DNA from: Guillardia theta CCMP2712
Taxonomy: Eukaryota > Protista > Cryptophyta
Direction: 5' to 3'
DNA: 64,000 nt
Assembly (NCBI RefSeq): GCF_000315625.1
Contig: NW_005434555.1
Location: 28,490-92,489 of the forward strand
The translations under genes and the position numbers were made by a program. The notes below the pieces were generated by a model. The model worked only from the letters and a program-made list of their open reading frames with translations. It searched no databases and had not been told where the DNA came from. The number at the start of each line of letters is the position of its first letter. The stretch's first letter is position 1. Positions 50,209 through 62,699 of this stretch are shown here, piece after piece.

Positions 50209-50659
50209 GTGAGTTCAAGGTCGATGCTGGTGTGAGGAGAAGTGACGGGAGAGCAGGCAGCAGTTTGAGTTCAAGCTCGTCGCTCAGAGGGTGGAGGAGA
50301 ACGGAAAGGTGAGGAGGCTGAGGGAGAGGAGGGAGCGATCGGCTCTCCTGTGACGAAGATGACAGGAGGTGGAGGGGGGGGGGGGGGGCTGGGCCGAGGA
50401 GTGGGAGGCACCGGAGGAATGTAAAGTTGAAGGACGAGGAAGAAGTGTCTGCTGATTNNNNNNNNNNNNNNNNNNNNNNNNNNNNNNNNNNNNNNNNNNN
50501 NNNNNNNNNNNNNNNNNNNNNNNNNNNNNNNNNNNNNNNNNNNNNNNNNNNNNNNNNGAGGAGGAGGAGGAGGAGGAGGAGGAGGAGGAGGAGAAGGAAA
50601 GGAGGGGGAGGGGGAGGAGGATTGGGGAGGGAGGAGATGCGATCTAGAGGAGTCTGACG

Positions 50660-52104
50660 TGTAAGCAGGGATGCTTTCGGCTGAACGAAGGCCTTGAGAG
50701 AGCATGTCGCAGATATCTGTGAGAAGACGTGAGACGCGAGGACAAGGTTGAATAAGAGAAGGGGGGAAGAGGTTGGGGAGAGGACGTAGGGTGAGCAAGC
50801 AATAAGGATCAAAGCTCTAGACTTAAAGAGGTGGGGAGAGGACGTAGGGTGAGCAAGCAATAAGGATCAAAGCTCTAGACTTAAAGAGGTGGGGAGAGGA
50901 CGTAGGGTGAGCAAGCAATAAGGATCAAAGCTCTAGACTTAAAGAGGTGGGGAGAGGACGTAGGGTGAGCAAGCAATAAGGATCAAAGCTCTAGACTTAA
51001 AGAGGTGGGAGAGGAGGAGGAGAGGAGTGAGAGGGGGAGCTAAAGGCTGGTGACCTCGAGCAGTCTTGCCGCTCTTGATAAGCGATGTAGGTGACATCTG
51101 AAGGTTCATGATGTTCTTCTCTACCTGTGCATTCCCGTCACCTTGTTTGCGGAGCAGAGGAACCAAGAGAGAGAGGGAGAGAGGGAGAGAGGGAGTGGTA
51201 GAGAAGGAGGGAGGAGGGGGACAGAGTAGAGCAGGAGAGCAGTAGAGTGAGACAGAAGAAGGGCAGGAGGTCGATAGCTCACAATGGATATGGTCTCGTC
51301 TGATGCCCCGGGCAGCATCTGAACCAGCCATCCACCCGCTACCACCACTCCCTCCGTCTCCGTCTCCACCAGCACGCCAGCTCCGAGCGCGCAAGGCGTC
51401 TGCTCGCTCTCTGTGAGGTAGTTGGCCATGTCTTCGGCAATCTCCCCGGACACGATGGAAGTGATACCGTTGTACGGCTGCTTCCAGAACGGATTGTTGC
51501 GCACAACAGTAATGAAGCCCTTGCCTACCGCCCTCGACACGTCAAGTTTTCCCTTGTCGTTGGGAGGCAGCAAGACGAAGGGATTAGCTGTGTACCCTCT
51601 CACCTCCCCTGCACCATCAGCGATGGCGAACACCTGCTTGATGGGTCCATCGCCCCTGATGTCAATCTGTAGCGTCTCCTTCGCCTGATCTCCGTACATC
51701 TCCGCGTCCTTCTTCCCCTGCGCCATCAGCAGGGCACAGATCATTGTCCTCCCCAGCGCTGCGGAGCAGACAGGAGAAGTCTTCTGCATGCCACAGGCGC
51801 CACGGACGAGGCCAGTGGCGACGACGGCCTTGAAAGAAACCTCTCCGTTGTCTGAGAGCATGCCTACCAGCTCGTCACCCTCCACAGGCTTCAGCATGAA
51901 CCCGTAACTGTCATCCTGCATCCTCAATCTTGCTTGCCTTCTCGTGCTCACCACCGAACACCGTCTGCTTCCCGCCCGAGCCAGTGGTCGAGCCTGGGAC
52001 AGCGTTCCCACGAACCTCAGGGACGGTGCAAACCCAGTGCTAAACGCTTGCGCGCCCCGCACCTCGAGGAGGAGCAAGAGGAGAGTAGCCAGGGACTTCA
52101 TCAT
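50660..52104 (-). CDS. hslO: Plastid-targeted Hsp33 (HslO) redox chaperone; C-terminus probably in the gap
   Basis: Bipartite leader MMKSLATLLLLLLEVRGAQA-F. Hsp33 motifs SAALGRT, GDGPIKQVFA, EVRGY, GKLDVSRAVG, SGEIAEDMANYLTESEQTP, AGGWLVQMLPG. Confidence 0.93.
50769..51012. repeat. 58-bp tandem repeat x~4 in an Hsp33 intron
   Basis: Unit ...GAGAGGACGTAGGGTGAGCAAGCAATAAGGATCAAAGCTCTAGACTTAAAGAGGTGG... recurs with period 58. Confidence 0.93.
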
Positions 52105-54316
52105 CTGCGATAAGAATGAGATCATAGTACCCCTCTCCCTCTCCCTCTATTCTCATCAGGCGCTCAATTCTGTAAACCCCTCCTTGCTCCCCCATACATC
52201 TCAAGAATGGTTCTGTAAGATTGTCTCATTCCTCGCAAACTCTTTCCCCGCTCTCCATCCCGCCGTCTCTCCGTCCCTGCCTGCCTCGCTCCATCCGTCC
52301 GTCCGTCCGTCCGTCCGTCCGTCCGTCCCTCGCTCGCTCGCTCCCTCGCTCGCTCCCCCTCCCTCGCTCCCTCCTCGCTCCCTCGCTCCCCTNNNNNNNN
52401 NNNNNNNNNNNNNNNNNNNNNNNNNNNNNNNNNNNNNNNNNNNNNNNNNNNNNNNNNNNNNNNNNNNNNNNNNNNNNNNNNNNNNNNNNNNNNNNNNNNN
52501 NNNNNNNNNNNNNNNNNNNNNNNNNNNNNNNNNNNNNNNNNNNNNNNNNNNNNNNNNNNNNNNNNNNNNNNNNNNNNNNNNNNNNNNNNNNNNNNNNNNN
52601 NNNNNNNNNNNNNNNNNNNNNNNNNNNNNNNNNNNNNNNNNNNNNNNNNNNNNNNNNNNNNNNNNNNNNNNNNNNNNNNNNNNNNNNNNNNNNNNNNNNN
52701 NNNNNNNNNNNNNNNNNNNNNNNNNNNNNNNNNNNNNNNNNNNNNNNNNNNNNNNNNNNNNNNNNNNNNNNNNNNNNNNNNNNNNNNNNNNNNNNNNNNN
52801 NNNNNNNNNNNNNNNNNNNNNNNNNNNNNNNNNNNNNNNNNNNNNNNNNNNNNNNNNNNNNNNNNNNNNNNNNNNNNNNNNNNNNNNNNNNNNNNNNNNN
52901 NNNNNNNNNNNNNNNNNNNNNNNNNNNNNNNNNNNNNNNNNNNNNNNNNNNNNNNNNNNNNNNNNNNNNNNNNNNNNNNNNNNNNNNNNNNNNNNNNNNN
53001 NNNNNNNNNNNNNNNNNNNNNNNNNNNNNNNNNNNNNNNNNNNNNNNNNNNNNNNNNNNNNNNNNNNNNNNNNNNNNNNNNNNNNNNNNNNNNNNNNNNN
53101 NNNNNNNNNNNNNNNNNNNNNNNNNNNNNNNNNNNNNNNNNNNNNNNNNNNNNNNNNNNNNNNTCCCCTCGCTCCCTCCGCCTCCCTCCGCTTCCTCCGC
53201 TCCCCCCCCCCCTCCCCTCCGCTCCCCCCCCTCCCCTCCGCTCCCTCCCCTCGCTCCCTCGCTCCCTCGCTCCGGCATGTTCGGCCGCCTTTCTGCTCCT
53301 TCTATGTTCCTCCATAGCTGGAGGGCTCGGTGTCCCATCGGGGCAATATGCAAAACGGCAGGACCATATCCGGTGAAATTAAGTTATTTATTTTAACTTT
53401 CTTTAATCAGGATTTGAAGGAGGTTTCAACAAGAGGCCACAACGAGCGCATATCCAGTGCGACCGTACGGGACCCCCCACCCCCTCATGAAGTACCCCTA
53501 CCCACCTATCATTTTTGACCCCCACAACTAACACCCGCCCACACAAAGCCCTTGGTGCTCTTGTCGTGCCAAAACACTACCTACCCTAAATTTTGACCAC
53601 CCACCCATCCCAGGTGTGGGCAAGGACCCCCTCTCGAGAGCTCCAAGATATCCTTTTCTGGCTCCCCACGTCATGCTCAAGTCACGTTACTGACTACCTG
53701 TATGACTCATGGGTCACGAGTGGGTGGGGGGTCAGCTACAATCCCGACATGCGCACCGTCTAGGGGAGGGGTGGGGTCTAACGATCGGCTGTCAGACTTG
53801 GTCTATTTTTCCTATTGCCTCTATCAGTAAAACCACCAGGTGCAGCTCGGTGGTCAGGAGACCGAGAAGAAGAGAGCTAGAGGGTGGTCCGGAGTATTTT
53901 GGAGTAGGGTACTGAGGAAAAAGGGGGTACTGAATCGATGATCCAGGGGTGGTACAACCCTCTACTCCTCCTTTCTATCGCGGTAGAGCCAAATCCCTCC
54001 TAATAAAATACTTGCCACTGCCACTCCCTCCATTCCTCCGTTACACCCTACCTCCCTCCTCCCTCCTCCCTCCTCCCTCCTCCCTCCTCCCTCCTTCCTC
54101 CTCCATCCTCTCTCCTTTCTCACAGTATATCAAATCCTACGTTCCAAACCTTCCAACTTCTCCAACGCCTAACTCCTCTCTACTTCCATACACATCCCAT
54201 CTCTCTTCCCTCACGCCCTCTAGCACTGCTTGTCTGTTCCCTGCCTCGTACCTCACATCCTTCCTATCGCCTTCCCTTCCCTTCAGGACATCACGCGCTT
54301 GTGACATCCTTGTACC

Positions 54317-55159
54317 ATGAGCATCGACGAGCCCGACACGGCGCACTCGAGGGAGGACGTCGCGAGGCATCGCGAGCTCTCGAGCGAGCAGAGTCAGGGG
54401 GTGCAATCGAGGTCAGAGAAGAGGGGATACGACGATGGCGGCTTGCGTGGAGGGGGCGGGAAGAGGCTGGGGAGCGTCGGGGCCGCGGCGAGCTCAGACA
54501 TGCTTGAGAGCGTGTTTATGCCATGGCGCGCTGCGGGGGCGCAGAGCTTCGAGGATAGGGAGATGGAGGAGGCATACGGGCAGTTTTTCATTGACTCCAT
54601 GTACCGCGGGATGGTGCCTTTCATGCAGTTTATCCTTGCAGTCGCTAGTTGTTTCCAGGTAATCTACTTCATGTCAAGAGCATGGAAGCGGCGGCCGCTG
54701 CAGGCGGAGGACTTGTTCATGCTTGTGAGGATGGGGATGATTGGGGTGGGGTGGGTATCAACGATGCGGTGGAGCCGATGGACAGGGGAGGTGAAGAGGA
54801 GGGCATCGAGGCTGATGGTGTGGATGGTGAGACTCAGAATCTTTGCACTGATGGCTGAGCACCTAATCTCGGACGTCCCCTTGGAGAAATCCTTCCTCGC
54901 AGTGTTCACTGTCTCATTGTCGTCGACAGTCTTGTCGTGGAGCTGGAGGCATCACGTTCTCAACACGGTGGTCCTAACGCTGTCACGTCATCTGTCAGTT
55001 TTTTTTCAACCGGAGCTGCTTCAGAAGCGAGGGTACGAGCCCGCCTACTTCTGCGTGTTCTTCCTCATCTTCAATGCCGCCTCGCTGCTGTCGCTGTCGC
55101 TGCACGAGCGCCACAGGAGCTCCTTCCGGAAGATCTGGGACCCAGCCAAGAAGGACTGA
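54317..55159 (+). CDS. Intronless 280-aa multi-pass (about 5-6 TM) membrane protein, copy 1
   Basis: Single ORF with several hydrophobic helices. The paralog at 56701-57543 keeps the same frame and length. Confidence 0.75.
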   Translation: MSIDEPDTAHSREDVARHRELSSEQSQGVQSRSEKRGYDDGGLRGGGGKRLGSVGAAASSDMLESVFMPWRAAGAQSFEDREMEEAYGQFFIDSMYRGMVPFMQFILAVASCFQVIYFMSRAWKRRPLQAEDLFMLVRMGMIGVGWVSTMRWSRWTGEVKRRASRLMVWMVRLRIFALMAEHLISDVPLEKSFLAVFTVSLSSTVLSWSWRHHVLNTVVLTLSRHLSVFFQPELLQKRGYEPAYFCVFFLIFNAASLLSLSLHERHRSSFRKIWDPAKKD

Positions 55160-55747
55160 TGGACGTGGGCAGAGGTGGAATGGCAGGGGAGCAGTGGGAG
55201 CTCTGGGACAGCTTGAGGGTCTAGAGGACCACGAGGCGTTGTTTACAGCTGTGGGGCAGTTTTGCGCTTCTTGGTGGGCGGGGTGTCGAGTCCGCGCTTC
55301 TGGAAGGAGAAGGGGATCTCAGCTCGCTTGATAGCGGCCCACCATCTAGAGGCCAGTGGGGTCAGCGAGAGATGAGAGGTAGTTTTTGATAGAGGAATGA
55401 ATATTAAGTTGGTGTGATGTTGATGGAATGCTGATTGAGCATCTCAACAAGGCATGTCACTTACCTTGCAAACAATAAAATCTTGTTTCAAGATGCTTTT
55501 CGAAGTCAAGGCCTCTTCAGGAAGAATCGTTTCCAATTTCTTACTGTCAATGTTGTCGTTGATCTGACACTCAATCTCGTACACATTTTGTCGCAGTGAT
55601 TGCAGTCAATTTTGATGAAATGAGATTGAGCAGGTTACCAATGTGGTACATCTTTTCAATGTCATGTATTCCAATCGCCGCAGAGAATGTTTGTAAAGGA
55701 TATTTCAGTGAATCGATTCCTCGATGCTGTTGATAGATACGAGGTCA

Positions 55748-56090
55748 ACTCGCCAAACAAGTCCAAGACCAGTTTCCTCCTGCACTTGTCCTGCTCCATC
55801 GCAAACGTTCGCAGATAGCTCGTGGAGTTCTCCACCGCCACTTTGTTGTCTTGACTCAAACCATGGAGGTAGAAGTCGTCGTTGTACAGTGACTTAGAAA
55901 AGTCGCTGATCGGAGAGGTTAAACCGCCCCTCCCATGTTGTTCTCTCAGCCATCAGATACAGGAGTATGTATAGAGTAGCAACGACTACCTTGATCAATC
56001 ATGACAGCTCAACATGTGATTGGGTTTCTTTCATCTGCCATGTGGCTGCTTGCCTCGACCATCGTCCACTGATATTTCTTGCCATGGACA
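55748..56090 (-). pseudogene. Decayed RecQ helicase fragment
   Basis: 55748-55915 closely matches 59471-59631 with small insertions. 55975-55997 matches ~59772-59794. Deletions lie between the pieces. Confidence 0.85.
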
Positions 56091-56700
56091 CCACCAGTAA
56101 CGTGACCCGGTGTCGTGACTGATCATCCGCTTCCGAAAGCCCTTTTAACCCTGGGGGTAGGTGTGAAGGGATGGGTATGACCTTATGGTACTTTACATAT
56201 TGTCATCACTATAGAAACTGAGAAGGATAAGGCAGGCAATGATTGGAAGCTCATACTATGTCGGGATATTAGGGGGTGGGGTTTATTTGGGAGGGCGAGT
56301 AGGGGTGTACGTTCGAGGAAAAAGAGGAAATGGAGGCAAAGGTCCACACATGGTCCAGTTTTGCTATAGTGTCTATTAGTAAAATTGCCAGGTTACGCTT
56401 CCAAGAACAAGTTGAAAGCCATCAATCATAAAACAGGGGTGGTAGTGGTCAATTCCCCCAACCAACTCGTTTTTCTGCATCTTCCTCTTCCCAGTCAGAC
56501 TCCGATCTTCGTTCCAACCCTCCTGCAACACGCTCCTATCCTACCCTACTGCCTAACTCCTGTCCACTTCCATACACATCCCATCTCTCTTCCCTCACGC
56601 CCTCTAGCACTGCTTGTCTGTTCCCTGCCTCGTACCTCACATCCTTCCTATCGCCTTCCCTGCCCCTCAGGACATCTCGCGCTCGTGACATCCTTGTACC

Positions 56701-57543
56701 ATGAGCATCGACGAGCCCGACACGGCGCACTCGAGGGAGGACGTCGCGAGGCATCGCGAGCTCTCAAGCGAGCAGAGTCAGGGGGTGCAACCGAGGTCAG
56801 AGAAGAGGGGATACGACGATGGCGGCTTGCGTGGAGGGGGCGGGAAGAGGCTGGGGAGCGTCGGGGCTGCGGCGAGCTCAGACATGCTTGAGAGCGTGTT
56901 TATGCCATGGCGCGCTGCGGGGGCGCAGAGCTTCGAGGATAGGGAGATGGAGGAGGCATACGGGCAGTTTTTCATTGACTCCATGTACCGCGGGATGGTG
57001 CCTTTCATGCAGTTTATCCTTGCAGTCGCTAGTTGTTTCCATGGGATGTACTTCATGTCAAGGGCATGGAAGCGGCGGCCGCTGCAGGCGGAGGACTTGT
57101 TCATGCTTGTGAGGATGGGGATGATCGGGGTGGGGTGGGTTACAACGATGCGGTGGAGCCGATGGACAGGGGAGGTGAAGAGGAGGGCATCGAGGCTGAT
57201 GGTGTGGATGGTGAGACTCAGAATCTTTACAGTGCTAGTTGAGAATTTTCTCTTTGACGTCTCCTTGGAGAAATCCTTCCTGTCTGTATTTGTCAATTCT
57301 TTGGCGTCGACAGTCGTGTCGTGGAGCTGGAGGCATCACGTTCTCAACACGGTAGTCCTAACGCTGTCACGTCACTTTGCAACTTTCATCCGGCCAAGTC
57401 TGCTTGAGAAGCGAGGATACGAGACCGCCTACTTCTGCGTCTTCTTCCTCATCTTCAATGCCGCCTCGCTGTTGTCGCTGTCGCTGCACGAGCGCCACAG
57501 GAACTCCTTCCGGAAGATCTGGGACCCAGCCAAGCAGGACTGA
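56701..57543 (+). CDS. Intronless 280-aa multi-pass membrane protein, copy 2
   Basis: Direct duplicate at an offset of 2384 bp. The duplicated block is ~54167-55379 vs 56551-57763. Confidence 0.75.
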   Translation: MSIDEPDTAHSREDVARHRELSSEQSQGVQPRSEKRGYDDGGLRGGGGKRLGSVGAAASSDMLESVFMPWRAAGAQSFEDREMEEAYGQFFIDSMYRGMVPFMQFILAVASCFHGMYFMSRAWKRRPLQAEDLFMLVRMGMIGVGWVTTMRWSRWTGEVKRRASRLMVWMVRLRIFTVLVENFLFDVSLEKSFLSVFVNSLASTVVSWSWRHHVLNTVVLTLSRHFATFIRPSLLEKRGYETAYFCVFFLIFNAASLLSLSLHERHRNSFRKIWDPAKQD

Positions 57544-57772
57544 TGGACATGGGCAGAGGTGGAATGGCAGGGGAGCAGTGGGAGCTCTGGGACAGCTTGA
57601 GGGTCTAGAGGACCAGGGGGCGTTGTTTACAGCTGTGGGGCAGTTTTGCGCTTCTTGGTGGGCGGGGTGTCGAGTCCGCGCTTCTGGAAGGAGAAGGGGA
57701 TCTCAGCTCTCTTGATAGCGGCCCACCATCTACAGGCCAGTGGGGTCAGCGAGAGATGAGAGGAAGAGTGTT

Positions 57773-60700
57773 TCAAATAAGATTCACCTGATCTTGTCGT
57801 ACCATGTACGCTCCTGCTCCTGCTCCTTGCTTGTCTTGTCTTGGTGTGGGATCTCCGCTCTTCCCACGATAGTAAGCATCATCTAATATATGAATTAATA
57901 AACGTTTTGTTAATTCAGCATAAAGCATCCCCTTCCTCGATCTGTCCTGTTCCACTCTCCCCCTCTCCCTCTCCCTGGTTCAACATTACCTCCTTCATCG
58001 GCAAAGTTTCTTGGTTGACGGGGTCTATTTTATGTACTGCTGCCTGTACGTTTGAGGTCAGGAACAACACCTGGAGTCGTGAATGATCAAGCACGCACCG
58101 CATCTTCCATAGCCTCCCATTCCTTCTGGTTTGGTAAGCAGCCCTCACCCATGTATTCCACAAGGCCTCGGAGATTGACAGTCTTGTTTGCATGCAGCAA
58201 AGCATCTAGTATGTGCCTGACGATGGTTTCAGCCTTGCCAGAGCATCAGACACAGTGCAGCCCTCGTCGAATAAAATCAAACCTGCACAGGCTTGCCGCT
58301 TTCTTGATTCATAGCAATGGCTTCAATATGTTCCCCTGCAGAGGAAAATTCACGATACACAGCACACTAAGGAGATGGTATTAGACCATTCTTGAATCTT
58401 TCATAGGATTGCTCCCATTTGGGTATCGTTCCTCCCCTCCCAGTCTACATGTTTCATCAGATTCATCATAATCCTGAAACCACAATGTAGTCATCTGCCG
58501 CTGACCTTGTAAACAGCGTATTTCCAGCTCTTCTTGGTAGTGAAGACTTCTTCCATGAGAAGCATTTCCATCCCGTTGTCATAATCGTCGTTCGTCTCCT
58601 CAGCTTCAGAATCCTTTGCTGACTCACTGTCTATATTTGCTTTCAAATGTGATGATATGAGGTCGGCCAACTCATCAATGTCGTTAATCCTGATTCCCGA
58701 TTCTCTCAGAGCCTCTACGCTTTTTGCTTTCGAGTAGGCAATGCGCATTGCCAAGTGGTCTGGAAAGATCATGTGAGGAGAAACATTGATTTTGATAGCC
58801 TTCTGATTTCTCCACTCGATGATAGCGCTCAGCAGGTCTTCCAGCGTCTTTGCAAGATCTTCACGCCCCCGAGCTCGGTATTTCTCCAAGACCGCAATCC
58901 ACATCAAATGCATATCCAACACAATCCCCTTGCCTTCCTTCAGCTCGTGTGCAGGAATCTGTTCGATCGCGATACCTCGTGCGGAGAACTTTTGAATCGC
59001 ATCTGAGACCTTCTCCTCAAGTATTTTCTCTTGTTTCATAATCAAGGCTGGTATCGGAAGAAGCAAAGCCCGGGGAGACCTCAGGAACTCTCTTCCCTTC
59101 TCAGTGACAGCATATCCCTCCCATGTGTACTTCTGATACCTCTCGACACAGATTTTGATCAATTGCTTTTCTCTCAATGAAGCCAAGATATCTTTCAAAC
59201 ATTCATCCTTGCGAGAGACAGGCGATAGTTTTTGCCTTTCATTTCTGATCTCTTCTCGAAGTGCAGGGCAGAGTGAAGACGGCGCAGACTTGATTTCTCC
59301 TTGTGAAAGATACTGAAAGATTGCAGTCACAGCTGGATTTTTCACTCCAAATGCTTCAATCGCCCTGAGAAGGACAGATGCCTCCTTGCTGAAATCTCTC
59401 GAACTCGCCCCATTCGTAGCAATCTTAGCACAGTTGTCGCAATCCCCGCATCGATCCCCCCATGCTGATGACTCTCCAAAGAAGTCCAAGACCAGTTTCC
59501 TCCTGCACTTGTCCTGCTCCATCGCAAACGTTCGCAGATAGCTCGTGGAGTTCTTCACCGCCACTTTGTTGTCTTGACTCAATCCATTGAGGTAGAAGTC
59601 GTCGTTGTACTTAGAAAAGTCGCTGTCGGAGCAGATCATGATACAGTCAGACTGCAATCCATCTCTCCCAGCCCGACCAATGTGTTGGTAGTATTCCTCA
59701 AAGGTTTTGGGAGCTCCGTAATGTATGACACATCGAATATCTGGCTTGTCGATACCCATTCCAAAGGCAGTAGTAGCAACGACTACCTTGATCACTCCCG
59801 TCAAGAACTGATGATGCGTTGTATCCCTTGCCTCCATCTTGTCTTTTCCATGGTAATAACGAGCTGTTATCTTATTCTCCGACTTTTGCAAAATAGCAGT
59901 ACATAACTTCTCCGCCTCTCCGGTGGTAGCAACATAAACTATTGCTGAGCCTGACATTTTCGATAGAATATCACAAATATAATTTACATCTGCAGCAAAC
60001 GTCTGTTTCCTGCTAACAGTAATCTTCAAGTTTGGCCTATCACAAGTAGACACACTGATGATAGGAGATCTTAGATTCAATATACTGAATAAATCATCGC
60101 GAACTCTTGGCACAGCACTTGCCGTCAAAGCCATGATGGGAACATTGTCGAATGATTCACGTAGCTTCCGTAGCAAAGCATACGATGGTCGAAAATCTAC
60201 ACCCCATTGTGATACACAGTGGGCCTGCAAGTACAAGAGAGAATCAGATCCAAATGGGCATTGTTTGCAGCAAAATCACCTCATCAATAGCAAAAAGAGC
60301 GAGCTGTCCTGAACTAGCAAGAGCCTCAAGTTGATTCAAAAATCCACCGTCAAATATTTTCTCTGGGGTCAAGTATAGCAATGCACAACGTCCACTGCGA
60401 GCAAGGTTTTCCGCGTCTGGATCTTTGTTCCCTTGCCCAAGGAATACAGCTGCCCGCTTCCCCGTTGGCATCAATGACCCAACCTTGTGGTTGATTGCAT
60501 TCACTTGGTCATTCATCAAGCTGATCAGAGGGGAAACAACAACGACTGTCTTGTTTGAGACGAAGGCCGGCAACTATCATACAAGGTCACATCTAGAAAT
60601 TTCGGAATCAGAGCAAACCTGGTAGCAAATACTCTTGCCCGATCCAGTAGCCCAAAAGACAGCAGAATCCCGCCCTTGAAGAGCTGCTCTGCAAATGACC

Positions 60701-61034
60701 TCTTGCTCTCCAACAAAGCTACAAAAACTTCCTTCAGAATTTCACAGGCACAAGAACGCAACACCACCTCTCGAATCCGAAGAAGTGCTTGAGTTTTTGC
60801 TTCAGAACGTCTTGGGAAAACGCATCGCTCCTGTCGGGTTGATGGGTGAAAGGACGGGACGCCCGTACCGGCGACATCAGTCCTGGTCTTTTGGTTGAGT
60901 ACCTGTTCTGAACTTTGTAAGGACTTGTCCCTCTCAGAGGTTCAGGGCTCTCAGGTATGAGGCATAAGGTAGACAATAACTTTCCCGCAAAGACAATGTG
61001 ATGGAAACCGCAAATTCTCTTGCCGAAGCGCATT
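57773..61034 (-). CDS. RecQ-family DNA helicase (helicase, RQC Zn-binding, winged helix, HRDC, C-terminal HTH)
   Basis: ATGSGKSICYQ, VVSPLISLMNDQV, AIDE|AHCVSQWGVDFRP, ALTASA, ATTAFGMGIDKPDIR, QHIGRAGRDG, CRR..CGDCDNC, HRDC-like IEWRNQKA..PHMIFPD. Start and end are approximate. Confidence 0.95.
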
Positions 61035-61551
61035 ATCAGCCTAACATGGTCTAGGATCCTGAATAACTCCAGCCCAAATCTGGAATCAACCTTCACTTTG
61101 TGCTTCGACAGGGGGAAAGGAATAAATCCGCAACTATACGTCTATCCTCGATCCAACCATTTTCTCGTCCCCCCCCCTCCCTCCCAACATCATCCTCCCA
61201 TCGTTGCTTCCATCTCTTCGTTCTACTCCTCTTCATTCGTGGTTCTCCTCCCTCCTCTCTCCTCGCTCCTCGCTCCTCCCTCCTCCCTCCTCGCTCCTCG
61301 CTCCTCGCTCCTCCGTCCACCAGGTCGTTCGCCATTTGCTACAAAAAACGCGGGAAACGTCCCAATGAGTGGTGAAATATTGGAAGGGGTAGGGGGTCCT
61401 CAACCATTGAAAAGGTATGCAAGGGTAACTAAGTACCGGTTTAAAAGAAGTTAAAGTTACGGGTACTATGGGCAAAATCAAAGGTACTCATCCTCGGGGG
61501 TCTTTACCTGGGGGTAGTGGATACCAGGGGGTGTTTTCTAGGCTCGCGGGG

Positions 61552-62526
61552 ATGGCGGAGGCGGCGGAGGCGGTGGTGCAGCAACTGCAGGAGATGAAGA
61601 ACGAAGCGAATCAGCTGGGAATGAAGATCAACGAGCTTGACCAGGTCTCTTCCATCCTTCTGCTCCTTGCAACCCTCCTGCTCCTCCCCTCCGGTCACTC
61701 CCGCGCTCCTGCTGCTCGCACTACCCGCTCCTCACCATCCCGCTGGTGCCTTTTATCCTTCTGCTTCCTCCTTGACGCACTTTCCCGTCTACTTTCCTGT
61801 TTTCCGTGCTCACTGGTTTCATCCTGCCTAAAGTCTGAACTTGTCTTGGTGATCTGTTTAATGATTCCATTTCATCGTTATACCTTCAACCTTTCCTGAC
61901 CTCAAGTGCTCTCCCCTCGAATGCCTCTTCCCCAACCCAAGTCGTTTGTTTAATTTTCTCTGCCTACTGACCTCAACTCATGTTCTTCTTTCTGCTGTCT
62001 TGCACCCTCCTTCCTTCCGCAACACCTCGAGGGTTGCACTGATCACCATGTGCCATGGCTACTCCATCTCACCCTCTCTTGCTGCATACACGTAACACAG
62101 ACATGCAAGCATAGCGCATGCGCATGACCCCACCAGGAGATCTGGTGGTTTGACGATGGAGTTTGCAGGAGCGCCACGAGCACAGCTTGGTCGTGGAGAC
62201 TCTCTCAAAGATGGAGGGGGAGAGGAAGTGTTACAGGCGAGATATCTCAGTCTCCCTCTCCTGCCTCTTCTCATTCTTCTTAGGATGGTTGGCGGAGTTC
62301 TCACAGAGCGAACCGTCTCAACAGTCTTACCTGCAGTAAAGGAGAACATGGACAAGGCAAGTTCTTCACTTTCCATCTTTCTCGTCTCATCCTCTACGTA
62401 CAGCTGCAGGCGCTCTGCGATGATTTGTACGCCAGGCTGCAGAAAAAGGAGAAGGAGATGCAGGAATTTCAAGCGAAGCACAACATTCGACTGCGAGATC
62501 AGCCGGAGAAGGCAGCTCCCAAGTAA
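61552..62526 (+). CDS. PFDN2: Prefoldin subunit 2
   Basis: Spliced: ...KINELDQ|ERHEHSLVVETLSKMEGERKCYR|MVGGVLTERTVSTVLPAV...FQAKHNIRL. Confidence 0.92.
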
Positions 62527-62699
62527 CAAGGCTGAGAGATCTGAGAAGAGGGGGGAACTGCGGGTGAACGTGGGGGAACGAAGGAGGTAGCATGGGTGGG
62601 CAAACGAGACTTCGATGAATTTCAATGATAATGAGAAGATTTAGATGCAAAGGGGTGAAGTTTAAAAACCATCGAGAACTCCTTTCTTTACCTGCTCCA

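Noticed and set aside
50400-50700. Loss of the Hsp33 zinc-binding cysteines
   Set aside because: The C-terminal exons probably fall in the assembly gap at 50458-50557, so absence cannot be claimed.
50769-51012. 58-bp repeat as CRISPR or an ncRNA array
   Set aside because: Identical tandem units without spacers inside an Hsp33 intron.
51944-53396. Long ORFs of 375-457 aa
   Set aside because: Artefacts of the N gap at 52393-53163 and the flanking low-complexity sequence.
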